Source: Cyanophora paradoxa CCMP329
Lineage: Eukaryota > Plantae > Glaucophyta
Length of the DNA: 64,000 nucleotides
Direction: 5' to 3'
Assembly: GCA_004431415.1 (NCBI GenBank)
Contig: QPMI01000621.1
Coordinates: 62,001 to 126,000, forward strand
The notes beneath the pieces are model-generated. The model ran no database searches. It was not told the DNA's origin and saw only the letters and a program-made list of their open reading frames with translations. The position numbers and the translations under genes were made by a program. Shown here one piece after another: positions 19,377-30,057 of the stretch. The first letter of the stretch is position 1. Each line of letters begins with the position of its first letter.

Positions 19377-19899
19377 AATTTAACCGCAGGAACGGCTTGT
19401 CTGCCTCAGAAGTATGTTCAAGAGCGTAAGCATCGCGGGCTCTCGCTGCTGCTGAGGCAGTAGTATAGTAGCCGATGTGCTTTTGACGCCCATTTATCCG
19501 ATATCGCGCCTCCCATTTACGATCTCGCTGATTGAAGCTAACACCTATGAAACCTGATGTGTTTGTGACCCGCCGGTTTTGGTTCAAATTTTGCTGCCGC
19601 TTTGTTGCCAAACGAAGATTCTCGCGGCGGTTATCAAGCTTGTTCAGATTTATATGATCGACAGTCAATCCGTTTTCGAGTTCACCCGAGATACAATTAT
19701 GCAAATACACGTTCTTTCTATTGATCGTGGTGCAAACATATCCATAATTATTTAAACGCCAGCGAAATCCGAGAACACGTTGAGCGTCATCCTGACTTAC
19801 AAGAGCATAAGCGACAACAATTCCATTTCTGCCATTCCTACGACCAGTAATTGGAATCAAAGCAACACCTTCAGGGACATCTGGAATTGTGACCTCCAT
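19324..19899 (-). CDS. HNH-AP2 endonuclease (close paralog of 5400..5921)
   Basis: VDHINLNKLDNRRENLR; C-terminal half nearly identical to the first copy. Confidence 0.9.
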   Translation of the reverse strand: MEVTIPDVPEGVALIPITGRRNGRNGIVVAYALVSQDDAQRVLGFRWRLNNYGYVCTTINRKNVYLHNCISGELENGLTVDHINLNKLDNRRENLRLATKRQQNLNQNRRVTNTSGFIGVSFNQRDRKWEARYRINGRQKHIGYYTTASAAARARDAYALEHTSEADKPFLRLNFTDEFVSLQSHSSVATQ

Positions 19900-19931
19900 G
19901 TCTCTCTTTACATTCTGAGATTGAGATATCT

Positions 19932-20213
19932 TTAAGGTAAATCAAAATCGGGTAGATCCTCTCCTTCTACAGTTGGTCTCCTTTGCTGTTTTGCTCGATC
20001 AATCTGTTCCTGAATCACCGCTGGTTCTTCTAATTGACAAATCTCAAAAGCACGCTGCAATTCACGTTTGTCGTAGTCACGAAGATGCGGCCAAGATAAC
20101 AACCATTCCGCATATTTGGGGTCGCTAAACACTACTTTAAGATGACTTTCGCCACGGAACTTTCCGAAACGAATTGTTCCTGCGGCACAGCGACGCTGCT
20201 TGTCTGCTTCCAT
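19932..20213 (-). CDS. Small protein with FGK.RG...DP.Y..WL motif (DUF3820/exonuclease X C-terminal-like)
   Basis: IRFGKFRGESHLKVVFSDPKYAEWLL; likely start is ATG at 20213. Confidence 0.6.
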   Translation of the reverse strand: MEADKQRRCAAGTIRFGKFRGESHLKVVFSDPKYAEWLLSWPHLRDYDKRELQRAFEICQLEEPAVIQEQIDRAKQQRRPTVEGEDLPDFDLP

Positions 20214-20322
20214 TCTTTTAATTATATCTCGGATTTTATGTTCGGAATTTAACGCAACACAAACCTGCGATTTATGCCATAAAAAGATTTCGCACATTGT
20301 TTGTGACGAGAAAACCAAAGAA

Positions 20323-20598
20323 ATGGATGTTGAATCATCAACTAAACAGCGTGGTCGCAAACCAATTGTTGTAACCCCTGAAATCGCTGCGGCAAGGAAA
20401 GCAAAGCGTGCAGAATACCATCGCCGTCGTTACAATGAAGATCCTGATTATCGGCAACGGCATATTGAAGCCAGCTCGAGGTACCAGCAGAACAACAGCG
20501 AGAATCATCTAGAGGCAAATCGTCGCTATCGCAGTCGAATTTACGAAAAATTAGCGCTTCTAGAGTCCCTCCAACAATGTGTTGTTATAGCTCTTTGA
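20323..20598 (+). CDS. Small basic DNA-binding protein with AT-hook-like motif
   Basis: QRGRKP followed by a charged helix RRRYNEDPDYRQR; resembles PLV-2 50405..50818. Confidence 0.6.
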   Translation: MDVESSTKQRGRKPIVVTPEIAAARKAKRAEYHRRRYNEDPDYRQRHIEASSRYQQNNSENHLEANRRYRSRIYEKLALLESLQQCVVIAL

Positions 20599-21745
20599 CG
20601 TACCTTCTGGTCTTTGTTCTCTCTAATATTCCACCGGGGTTTAATTTGACAGTTCCAGCTGTCGCAAGTTGCTTTTGAAGGCGAAGCAGCTTCTTATTTT
20701 TTTCTATGTCCACTAGATCTAAATTCTCTCGCATCAGATTTAGCTCCTTCTTTCTGCGCTGCTGCGCCCGCTGTGCTGCATTTCCCGCACGACGTTCCTC
20801 TGAATCTACTGGGACCTTTAAAAGTTGCTGGTAGGTCACCGCTTTGTTGTAGCCCGAAAGTGTAAATTTGAGCAGTGGTCCAAAACCCCCAATCGACTCA
20901 ATTCGAAATACTTCTTTCGAGAAGGTTGGCTTTGTCGATTTATCGAAGGTTCCCCTGGTTAGCTTAACTCGAACTAGGTCTCCTACTTTAAATTCGTCCT
21001 CCTTCAGGTAGTGTTGCTGCTCGTACACTTCTCTCTGGTAGTCGTTGCGTGCAATAGTTTCCTTCGGATTCTCTGCTGCAGCGTTTGGCGATGTACCAAT
21101 TGACCTATGCTCTGACGAATTATAATTACGCACAAATGCGGGCAGCTTGTCGATGTACCTATCCGTGTCATATGCCTCCATATACCGTGCAATAATTCGC
21201 TTCAAAGTTCCATTAAATCTTTCTATTTTGCCGTTTGCTTGCGGTCGATGCGCTTCCACAGCATTGTGCTTAATTCCCTCAGCTTCTAACAAACTTCTAG
21301 CTGAAGCTTTAAATTCTTGATCTGTCTGAATAATATCCGGCTTGACTGGAAAACTATCTATGAGTTTCCGTAGTGTTGAAAGGAGTGTACTTTCGCTCTT
21401 GTTCTTCATTGGAATGCTGTAGGCTTTCCGAGTCACTACATCCACTGCGTTCATTATAAAGTTAATGCCGCGGTTTGTTTTGGCGTATGGAGTCACGTCG
21501 ATTAGATCCACTTCGTAGTATTTCTCTGCTTTGTCGTATGTTATACTTGTGAATGGTTTCTCTTTCTGCGGCCTCGCAAATCTTTGCGCTGTCGATAATT
21601 TCTCCAGCACTTCTCTAACCCTGGAAACTGGTATTTTCAACTTCTTTGCAATACGTGTGGCCGACTGAAGCCCTGTTTCTGGATCATAGTATGTCTCCTC
21701 AATTTTGGCTGATGTACTCATGAGGAACTGTGCTGTAATAGTCAT
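20585..21745 (-). CDS. Retroviral-type (rve) DDE integrase of the Polinton family
   Basis: YYDP.TG, YEVDLID, IQTDQEF, NGKIERFNGTLK, YNSS.HRSIG.SP, FKVGDLVRV, FSKEVFRI. Confidence 0.93.
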   Translation of the reverse strand: MTITAQFLMSTSAKIEETYYDPETGLQSATRIAKKLKIPVSRVREVLEKLSTAQRFARPQKEKPFTSITYDKAEKYYEVDLIDVTPYAKTNRGINFIMNAVDVVTRKAYSIPMKNKSESTLLSTLRKLIDSFPVKPDIIQTDQEFKASARSLLEAEGIKHNAVEAHRPQANGKIERFNGTLKRIIARYMEAYDTDRYIDKLPAFVRNYNSSEHRSIGTSPNAAAENPKETIARNDYQREVYEQQHYLKEDEFKVGDLVRVKLTRGTFDKSTKPTFSKEVFRIESIGGFGPLLKFTLSGYNKAVTYQQLLKVPVDSEERRAGNAAQRAQQRRKKELNLMRENLDLVDIEKNKKLLRLQKQLATAGTVKLNPGGILERTKTRRYVKEL

Positions 21746-24458
21746 CCGAAATTATCTTTCGCTTTGTGTATTCCGTCTTATTTAATACTCTGCTGAATGG
21801 AATCTGAATGATTGAACTAAAACCTATCCCCTCCTCGCGTTGCTTTCCATTCGGTTTGAAGACACGAGATAGTTTAGACTCTATTTTGCACTCCGGCTGA
21901 TACCGGCTCTCAAGCATTTGCTTGAACGCTTCCAAAGCAACCCGAGACTCGAGGTGCTCCGTTGTTTCAATCACGGGTCGCTGGGCAAATTTTCCGTAAA
22001 GACCATTTAATTGAATCTTTGCTGTTGCGTACTGAGCTGTTCCCTTCCTTGAACGTGCTTTCATACAGTATAACTTCTCGATGTAATCTTTAAACATTCT
22101 CTCCTTTCCTTCAAATAAATACACCTCATGAACCTCTGTTATTTCGACCCCAAGCGCTATCGCCCTGTAGATATCAACCGATGTATACATCTCGCGCTCG
22201 ATCGGTTTCAGGTTCGACCAGCCCAAATTCGACTCGTGACGAGGTAGCGGAGAAAGCACAAGGTCCTGAGGAATTTTCGCACTGATGTTCGCAATGAACA
22301 GTTGCTCCATTTTTCGACTTAGCATGAACTTTCTAAAACGTTCTAATGCCTCCGGTTCATTGATTAGCTTAAATTTACCTGTAGGAAACTGGTTAAAGTA
22401 CATTGCGGTCGGATATAGAGAGACCACATCCAGATCTACCAAGTAATCATCTGGACCCTTCGAGACAAACTTGCGTTTGAATGGTAAACAGCGACCTCCG
22501 TAAATTGCTCTGCGAAAAATCTGATCTTCGCTGTATTTTGGAAGTTGCAGCTCTGTCTTCATCAGCTGCCGGTAAATCTGAAACGCCATTGATGAGGCTG
22601 TAAGTGTTTGTTTGGAATTCACATTTATTCCAAATAGCTCAAAGCTCGTACTCGAATATTTCATGTATAACTCCGTCATTGATCGCACATCGGCTCTTAG
22701 ATATTCTCCCCATTCCTCCTTGTGTGTCTCAACGTCTGCCCACGTCTTGATCTTGCGATGGTCAAAGTCTCCTTTGATCGTCGTGCAGCCGTAGTCCTTT
22801 CCAGCCTGTTTTAGTGAACCTTGAATATGTAGGCATGGGTCAAAACTCGTCAACTCTCCTCCTGCTGTCGTCTTCCATTTCATGCTCTTAATCTTTCCCG
22901 AGGAACGCATGACGTTCACCTGGCTGTCTGGCCTATTCTCAATCAGCCATCGGTATATGAATATCAGATCAAACCCCGCACCGTTGTAAAATACTACTGT
23001 GGTCTTCTCTGTCCAACCATCCAGCCATAGCATGAATTGATTTAATGTTTCAGGACCGTAAAACATCTTGGTTCCTACAATTTCGCCCTTGCATATTATG
23101 TCTGTGTCAACAGCATAAGGAACGTGGGTCTTGCCATCACAAGGAAATGTTTCAAAGTCAGCCCCTATCACGCTATCCATCGCTGTAAATTCACTCTCCT
23201 TTTCGCAAGGAGTAATCTTTCTTCCAATAACACCTTTGTTTCTGATGGCGGCAACGCATTTGTTTGTGTGATCTTCAATTGGATTGTAGGCGCAACGACA
23301 TCTAGCACAAAACTGACAGGTTAGCTTGTGTCTTTCCAGTTCGAACTGCATTTTCCCGCAGGCACTACACTTCTCCATCTCAGTCGTTCTTTTATCCTTA
23401 ATCAGGTAGCAGTGCACATCGACTATACAAAGGTGAGCACGTTTTTCAAATCCTAGATCGGTCGCAAAAAGCAGCTTAAACTTTCCTTGCGAAAACTCAA
23501 AAACGCTGGTGTCTATTCTGTAAAAAGCGCTCAGCTTATTAATCGTTGGCACATCAACTGATATCATTCCTCGCCGCAGTCCTAGCTGTGTTCTAATCCC
23601 TCCGTAGTCCAGTCTCTGAAGTTGCTTGTAAATTCGATCAAGGCTTTTTCTTCCAGGGTTTAGCTTCACATATTCAAAACACTCAAGCACACAGTTGTCT
23701 TCTGGTGATATCGGACAGTAGATCTTATTCATGGTCAGGGCTTTGCCATTGAATGGGAGTTTCGGTACGTTTCCAAGTGCGCCTGCAGCGTTCTCTGCAA
23801 TGAGCACCTCTATTTTCACTACTGGCCAAAGGTCGTTGTCTTCATATGGCTGCTGCGCTAGCATCCATTGTTCCATCTTTTCAGCCAGATTTGACAAGAG
23901 CGACTGCATTGTGCCCTCTTCGATTGTTGCTAGTTGAGTGCGATACATGCGAAAGTTATCGAAATGAAACCGAATTAGAACGCTGGATCCTATTTTCTCT
24001 GGAATTCGCAGCTCTCTCAGAAACTCAATCGTGATCTCTTTAACCCGCTCAGGTATTGGAGTCGGATCAATATCCAAAATATCCTTGGTAAATAACAACC
24101 CCGGATATGCATAGTGAGTATAATTTAACACAGTATCACCTCGACCTGTCTCGCGAAATAAATTCGAGATCCCATACTCTACAATTTCATCAAACTCTCG
24201 CGTGGCTTCAATTCGAGCATTGCGTTCGTTCTCAAAATGACTTGTTATCCATGACTGGTACAAAGGGCGCTGCGGCCGGTTCGTCTGTCTAAGTCTAAGC
24301 AATGTTGATAGATTAGCTCGAAGATTTTGTGTGTGGGTTCCCCTCTGTGGGTCTGCTAGTCGCATCAGTGTATTCAAATATGTTCCATTAATGTATCTAA
24401 GTGTGTGTAGCTCCTGCGCAAGGCTCCGAATTTCAGCTCTCAGATTGTTCCTGTCCAT
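21699..24458 (-). CDS. Protein-primed family B DNA polymerase, apparently lacking motif C
   Basis: Exo motifs ADFET, YNGAGFD, YLRADV; YGGRC; DVVSLYP; KIQLNGLYGKFAQ; no YxDTDS seen before the stop. Confidence 0.88.
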   Translation of the reverse strand: MDRNNLRAEIRSLAQELHTLRYINGTYLNTLMRLADPQRGTHTQNLRANLSTLLRLRQTNRPQRPLYQSWITSHFENERNARIEATREFDEIVEYGISNLFRETGRGDTVLNYTHYAYPGLLFTKDILDIDPTPIPERVKEITIEFLRELRIPEKIGSSVLIRFHFDNFRMYRTQLATIEEGTMQSLLSNLAEKMEQWMLAQQPYEDNDLWPVVKIEVLIAENAAGALGNVPKLPFNGKALTMNKIYCPISPEDNCVLECFEYVKLNPGRKSLDRIYKQLQRLDYGGIRTQLGLRRGMISVDVPTINKLSAFYRIDTSVFEFSQGKFKLLFATDLGFEKRAHLCIVDVHCYLIKDKRTTEMEKCSACGKMQFELERHKLTCQFCARCRCAYNPIEDHTNKCVAAIRNKGVIGRKITPCEKESEFTAMDSVIGADFETFPCDGKTHVPYAVDTDIICKGEIVGTKMFYGPETLNQFMLWLDGWTEKTTVVFYNGAGFDLIFIYRWLIENRPDSQVNVMRSSGKIKSMKWKTTAGGELTSFDPCLHIQGSLKQAGKDYGCTTIKGDFDHRKIKTWADVETHKEEWGEYLRADVRSMTELYMKYSSTSFELFGINVNSKQTLTASSMAFQIYRQLMKTELQLPKYSEDQIFRRAIYGGRCLPFKRKFVSKGPDDYLVDLDVVSLYPTAMYFNQFPTGKFKLINEPEALERFRKFMLSRKMEQLFIANISAKIPQDLVLSPLPRHESNLGWSNLKPIEREMYTSVDIYRAIALGVEITEVHEVYLFEGKERMFKDYIEKLYCMKARSRKGTAQYATAKIQLNGLYGKFAQRPVIETTEHLESRVALEAFKQMLESRYQPECKIESKLSRVFKPNGKQREEGIGFSSIIQIPFSRVLNKTEYTKRKIISDDYYSTVPHEYISQN

Positions 24459-24657
24459 TATGAATAGGTCTCTACAATATTGGATGGCCGAAAACTTTTT
24501 GGGATTTAATCGCAGACAATCTCTGATTACTAGTATGTATGCGAGAAACCTTTAAGCCATGCAACTAACTGCAAGGTGGCGGTGTAAACGCGTACGCAAA
24601 TGCATTTATAGTAGTGCTAGCTATCAGCGCACTATCAGCGCACTATCAGCGCCAATC

Positions 24658-25441
24658 TTTTGTGTGTCACGTATCTCGCCGTTTTCTCGCCACGTCACAG
24701 CATCACGTCACGGCGTCCGCAAAGTTTTCTCGTGAACTTGACCCTCCGAATTAAAACATTTAAAACAAAAGAAAAGGTAAAGTTCGACATCTCCAAAGGC
24801 AGACGAATCGAAAAATTTAAACTTCCGATTCGTCAGACGGATCTAACCGGTACGTACCTGTTTCGTCGACTGGCCGCTGAGCTTGCAAAATAATTAAATT
24901 GGGCTTGCGACTTTCACTATTTCCAAAATTCAACGATTGCAGGCTTTTTTAGAGTTCAAGCTTGTCCACAACCCCGGTCGCGCACCTCCTGGCTCTCACC
25001 GCGCAGCCTCGCTAGCTTGCAGCGGTTATAGCTAGCTGATGATGTACGAATCGCTTTCCCGGTCCGTCCGTAAGCGCAGGGCGCATCGATGTGATGAAAG
25101 CGTCGTTTGGACGTGAGCTTGTCCACAAACCCGGTCCTGTTAATTTCGCAACTAATTGTGCTTTTCATCAATTTTCAAAGAGTCAGAGCTCACTCGGCTG
25201 ATAAAGTAATAGCTCTGGGTCTAGCGGTCCTAGCCGGAGCGCTCTAGCTCCGAACCGACTAGGCGACTGCATTTAACCGGTCAACCGTCCAACCGGCCAG
25301 CGTTAAGTTTAAACTTGAAACTTGTGAAATTTTGTGTGTCACGTATCTCGCCGTTTTCTCGCCACGTCACAGCATCACGTCACGGCGTCCGCAAAGTTTT
25401 CTCGTGAACTTGACCCTCCGAATTAAAACAATTAAAACAAA
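24658..25441. repeat. Pair of ~110-bp direct repeats (24658-24769, 25330-25441) in the non-coding region between pPolB and the TIR
   Basis: tttgtgtgtcacgtatctcgcc...ccgaattaaaaca occurs twice; CTATCAGCGCA x3 also at 24621-24652. Confidence 0.9.
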
Positions 25442-25465
25442 GATAAAGTCATCGACACACCTCCA

Positions 25466-26256
25466 GAGGCCGCACCAGAGCGCTCTTGGGACACGAAGTG
25501 CTTCAATGTACTCATCATTATCGCCTAGATAGAGCTAAACGCTTTTCCTCTGGTTGCTTCAATGTTCTCATCATTTCGCCTAAAATTAACCTAAACGTGC
25601 TTCCTCTGTTAGCTTCATCGTACTCATCTATATCGCCTAGACTATTCTTTCTCGTTGCTCTGCAGACCGCGCTCATGGGGGCAGCGCTCCTCTTCGTCTA
25701 TTCTTCTTCACAGCACTGTCCTAAATAGACATGAGCTATTGCTAGGCTTCGACCTAGGGAGTGGGACTGAAGACGTTGCTGGATCGGTGGGGTAGACGTA
25801 TATGGTGAAATTACTAATGAAACGCTGGAGGTATACACTTGAAACGCATGGAATCGGCGGCTATGGAGCGAAGCGGAATTGCCCGGGTGTGAGGTCCATG
25901 CACATACAACAACACATCTCCAGAGGCCGCACCAGAGCGCTCTTGGGACACGAAGTGCTTCAATGTACACATCAATATCGCCTAGACTATTCATCTGTGG
26001 TCCTCTGCAGACCGCTTGCATGGGGGCCAAGCTCCTCTTCGCCTATTCTTCTTCATAACTCTGCCTTGTATAGTCGTCAGATATTGCTAGGCTTCCACCT
26101 AGGGAGTGGGTCGGTAGACGTAGCTGGATCGGCGGGGTAGACGTATATGGTGAAATTACTAATGAAACGCTGGAGGTATACACTTGAAACGCATGGAATC
26201 GGGGGCTATGGAGCGAAGCGGAATTGCCCGGGTGTGAGGTCCATGCGTATACAACA
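25466..26256 (-). repeat. PLV-1 right terminal inverted repeat
   Basis: Reverse complement of 3342-4132; ends GCGTATACAACA. Confidence 0.95.
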
Positions 26257-26302
26257 CTATAACTGCACTTTTTGACATTTGACGATTTCTGCCAATAGTT
26301 GT

Positions 26303-26572
26303 GTCAATACTATTGCAGCGTCAATACTATTGACGCGTCAAAAGTTTTGGCAAGAATCGGGCAAGAGTTGGGTCAATACTATTGCAGCGTCAATACTATT
26401 GACGCGTCAAAAGTTCTTGACAAAACTTTGGTCCATACTATTGCAGCGTCAATACTATTGACGCGTCAAAAGTTTTGGCAAGAATCGGGCAAGAGTTCGG
26501 TCAATACTATTGCAGCGTCAATACTATTGACGCGTCAAAAGTTTTTGACGAAACTTTGGTCAATACTATTGC
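26303..26572 (+). repeat. Subterminal tandem array (~59-69-bp units) with palindromic core TTGACGCGTCAA; mirrored at ~36690-36941
   Basis: gtcaatactattgcagcgtcaatactattgacgcgtcaaaagtt is repeated about 4 times at each end. Confidence 0.9.
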
Positions 26573-27207
26573 ATGCGCAGAATTATATTATCCCGGTAAA
26601 TTAAATTAAAAGATCATGAAATTGAAATGCAGGCCCGGCCCTGAGGTCGATCGCCGCCGTCCGATATCGTCCGGGATCGCCGCCGAATTATCTCGTCTGT
26701 CCGGGATCCAGGGGCCGAGCGTCCGTGTGCGTAGTCACTGCGGACCGGTGCTGTGCACGTGGGTGACGTGGCCGGCCGCGGGCTCAGGAGTCGCGAGTCT
26801 CGCGACAAGTACTAGCACTGCCGCACCACGCCCGGCCAGCGCCTGGCCAGTGCGGCCACGCGTACGTGTACGTAGCTAGCGGTTCCCGGTAAATGAAATC
26901 GAAATTCTCTGCCTGCGGATCTTCTACACGGCCTACCGGCGGCTATCACACAACTGTGCATGCGGCCCAGCAAGCACAGGGCCCCGGGCGATGCGACGTA
27001 GCAACGACGTCGACTAGCAATTCACGTGGAAGGGGAAGGCGTGAAGCGATGCGGCCCGTGCGCACAGCAGGTCGTGCGGCACCTCGCCGGGCCCGCTGCG
27101 CTGTGCGCATCGCGGTTAGCGAGCGCTCGAATCGAGGTAGAAACGAACGGGCCTCCGTGCACCTCGGCTAGGAGAGCGGCTCTCTCTCTCTGAGGGCGCC
27201 GGGCAGA

Positions 27208-27476
27208 CCGCGACCACGACCGCGAGGGCGAGGGTGAAGCGCTCGCTGCGCTAGGAGAGTCAACCGAAAGAAAAGAAGAATGCGCGCCAGCGAACGACCG
27301 CACCTGCGCCCGAGCGGCTGCAAACATGAACTCCGAGGCGGCCGGCAGCCCGCGACCACGACCACGAGGGCGAGGGCGAAGCGCTCGCTGCGCTCGGAGA
27401 GTCAATCGAAAGAAAAGAAGAATGCGCGCCGGCAAACGACCGCACCTGCGCCCGAGTGGCCGCAAGCATGAACTCT
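27208..27476 (+). repeat. Two-copy ~142-bp-period direct repeat within the left arm (mirrored in the right arm)
   Basis: ccgcgaccacgacc...gaaagaaaagaagaatgcgcgcc...catgaactc occurs twice. Confidence 0.8.
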
Positions 27477-30057
27477 CGAGGCCGATCCCAGCAGCCGCCA
27501 CACGTCCGGAGAGCGGCACGCGCTGCGCTGCGCACGCAGCTGGCGTTACAACAAGATCAAAGGGCGAGCAGCGGAGGCAAGAGCGAGCACCTGACCTGCG
27601 GACGAAGTCGCCAAGCGAACTGGGCGGTGGTGTGCTGCTCGCGGGCACCAGTCACGCCCGCTCCCTGGCCGATAGCGGAGTGAGGGATTGAATTAAAGGA
27701 GAGGAAACGAGAAGCACCTTGCTTCGCCTCCACAGCCGCCGCCTACGTTCTGCGCGTCCCTCTCAGCAGCAGAACACTCACCGGCGACAGCCGCGGGACG
27801 AATGGACAGCAAAGGCAACAAGGAGGTCGACAGCGATGCGTTCGTGAGCGTTCGCGGCCGCAACCGGGCGCCAGCTGCTCTGAAGCAAGGCTCTGCTTTT
27901 GAAATCAGGCAGGCGGCAGGCTGGGCGAAAGGCGCGAGAGGATACAAGACAGTACCTTCGAGCATCGTTCGCGCTGGAAGCCGAAGATGTTCGCTGCGGC
28001 GGCAGCAAGTCCGTTCGACCTGGTTTGAAAAGCGGCATCAGACGCGGGCAGCGCTGCGAGACCGCGGAGGAGCCAACAAACCGAGCCGCTGTGAGAGTGA
28101 AGCGCGTCCGCGCGGCAGCCTTCCTTCGAGGCTGCAGCTGCTGGCAGCAAGGCACTTGAAGGCAGCAAGTTTGGGGTACACGACTGTAAGGAAAAAAGCC
28201 CTTGCGAGGCCCACAGCGGCAGGGCCGCCGCGGCAGCCGCGCCGTTGTATAGATTTTCGAGGCCGACCGAAAGGCTCGCTACCGGCTCTTTGGCGGCCCT
28301 TGCTTCCCCCAGGCGCAGGTGCCGCAGCGCCGCCCGCTGCGGCAACTTCGCGGGTGCTCGCAGCACGCAGCGCGCGGCAGCTACAAGCACGCGAGCTTGT
28401 AACTACGGGTCCAGCTCCCCCCGTGGCGTCGTCCCTGCGCCGCGCCGATCACAGCTAGATCGACGCGGCCCGCAACCCCGCGCCGGGCGACTTTGCCGTG
28501 CTGGCCGGGTTCTTTGCGTGCATGTCAGCTCACTTACATCCGCAGTATCTCTACCAGACAGCCCCGCGGTCGGTTCGAGCGGTTGAGCTGCACGCTGGCC
28601 GCGGATGGGGTTCGAAGAATTCTGGTCGCCGGCGGAGCTCTCTCGCATGTTTCGGTGCATAGCGCGTCCCTTTAAGATGCTCACTCGGTGCCTCTCTGAC
28701 TCTGGACAGGCCGGGTGCTGCGTGAGCGCGCGGACCGACGCAGCCTCCCAATCGGCGGTCGCCTCGGGTGCGCCTGCCAAGCACAGCGTTGGGCCAGCGA
28801 CACGTGAGCGCATGGCTGACGAGGCTCAGACCGCCGGGACGGGTGAGCCCGCCTCGGATCGTCGCAGTTTGGGAGTGCTTCTACTACACTGCCTGGGTGA
28901 GCCGGCTGCGCGCGCACGCGTAGCTGACTGGGCGCGTACGCGTTGCTGACGGGGCGCACCGGTAACACATGATACCGGAAGACGCCGCGGGAAGCCCAGG
29001 GGCTGGGGTGCGGCGGGTGGCGACGCCGCTCGCGGGCGGGGCGGATCCGGAGGCGCGGCGGACAGCCGCCTGACTTCCAGGATAGGGCGGAGGCGCTTCC
29101 TGCAGCGCCGCGTTTCGCAGAGCGGAGGGAAGGCGGGCGGAGGCGAGGCGCGCAGCGGTGCGGCTCGCCGGGCGGCGGCACGGCTCGGGGGCGGGGCGGA
29201 GGCACGGCGGGCGGCCGCATGGCTCGCAGGGCGGGCTGGAGACGCGGCGGGCGGCGGTGCGGCTCGGCTGGCGGGCCGGAGGCGCGGCGGGCTGCGGCGG
29301 CGGGCTGGGTGAGCACACAGAGGCTTTTTGAGCCGGCTGCACGCGTGCGTGTCGCTGACGGAGCGCAAGGGCCACACAGGATGCCGGACGTGCCGGGCGG
29401 CGGCGGGCGCGGCTTGCCGGGCAGGGCGGAGACGCCGCGGGCGGCGGTCGCGGCTCGCCGGGCGGGGCGGCGGGCACGGCTCGCGGGCAGGGCGGAGGCG
29501 CCCCCGCCCCGCCGCGCCCCGCAACGGCAAGCGCTCTCCCGCGCCCGCCCTTGCGGCCGCTCCGCACAACGGCAAGCGCCCGCGTCCGCCCTCGCCGCCG
29601 CGCCGAAGCGCCGGCGGTAGTCGCCGCCCTCGCTCCCTTCCTGGCAGTCGCCGCCCGCCGGGCCGGCCCTCCCTCGCCATTCGCTCCCCCCGGCCCGCTC
29701 CCTCCACTCCCTCCCCCCTTGCCCCTTCCCCGCCCCTCCCCCCCTTCCCCCTCTCTTCTCTTCCCCAGCCTGCGTCCCAGCCCGCCCCACCCGCCCCGCC
29801 CCGCCCGCCCCGCCCCGGGCGGCAGGGCGCGCGGGCCAGGGCGGCAAGGGCGGGCGGGGTGCTCCGACGCCGCGGCGGGCGGGGGCGACCGCCCTGCGGC
29901 TCGCCGTCACAGCCGCCGGCTTCGAGTTGGGCCTCACGCAGGCCCGCCCCACCCTGCCCGCCCCGCCCCAATCCGCCCATCTGCTGCCCCTCCTCCCCCC
30001 CCCCTTCCGCCCCCCCCCCCCCCCCCCTACCTTCCCCCCCTCTCCTCCCCCGGCCCC

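Larger units (their letters stand above)
3342..26256. mobile_element. Endogenous Polinton-like virus PLV-1 (22.9 kb, both ends present)
   Basis: 791-bp TIRs, 6-bp TSD, sharp drop in GC content; encodes pPolB, rve integrase, A32-like ATPase, DJR MCP, two minor capsid proteins, fibre, patatin and HNH endonucleases. Confidence 0.93.

Noticed and set aside
4139-24458. Bacterial prophage or contamination, suggested by tail-fibre, HNH and speD-like genes
   Set aside because: No terminase, portal or HK97 capsid; pPolB, rve integrase, A32 ATPase, TIRs and the TSD in a Gypsy ORF indicate a eukaryotic Polinton-like virus.
26303-26572. CRISPR-like appearance of short palindromic repeats
   Set aside because: The intervening sequences are themselves repeated rather than unique spacers, there are no cas genes, and the context is eukaryotic.
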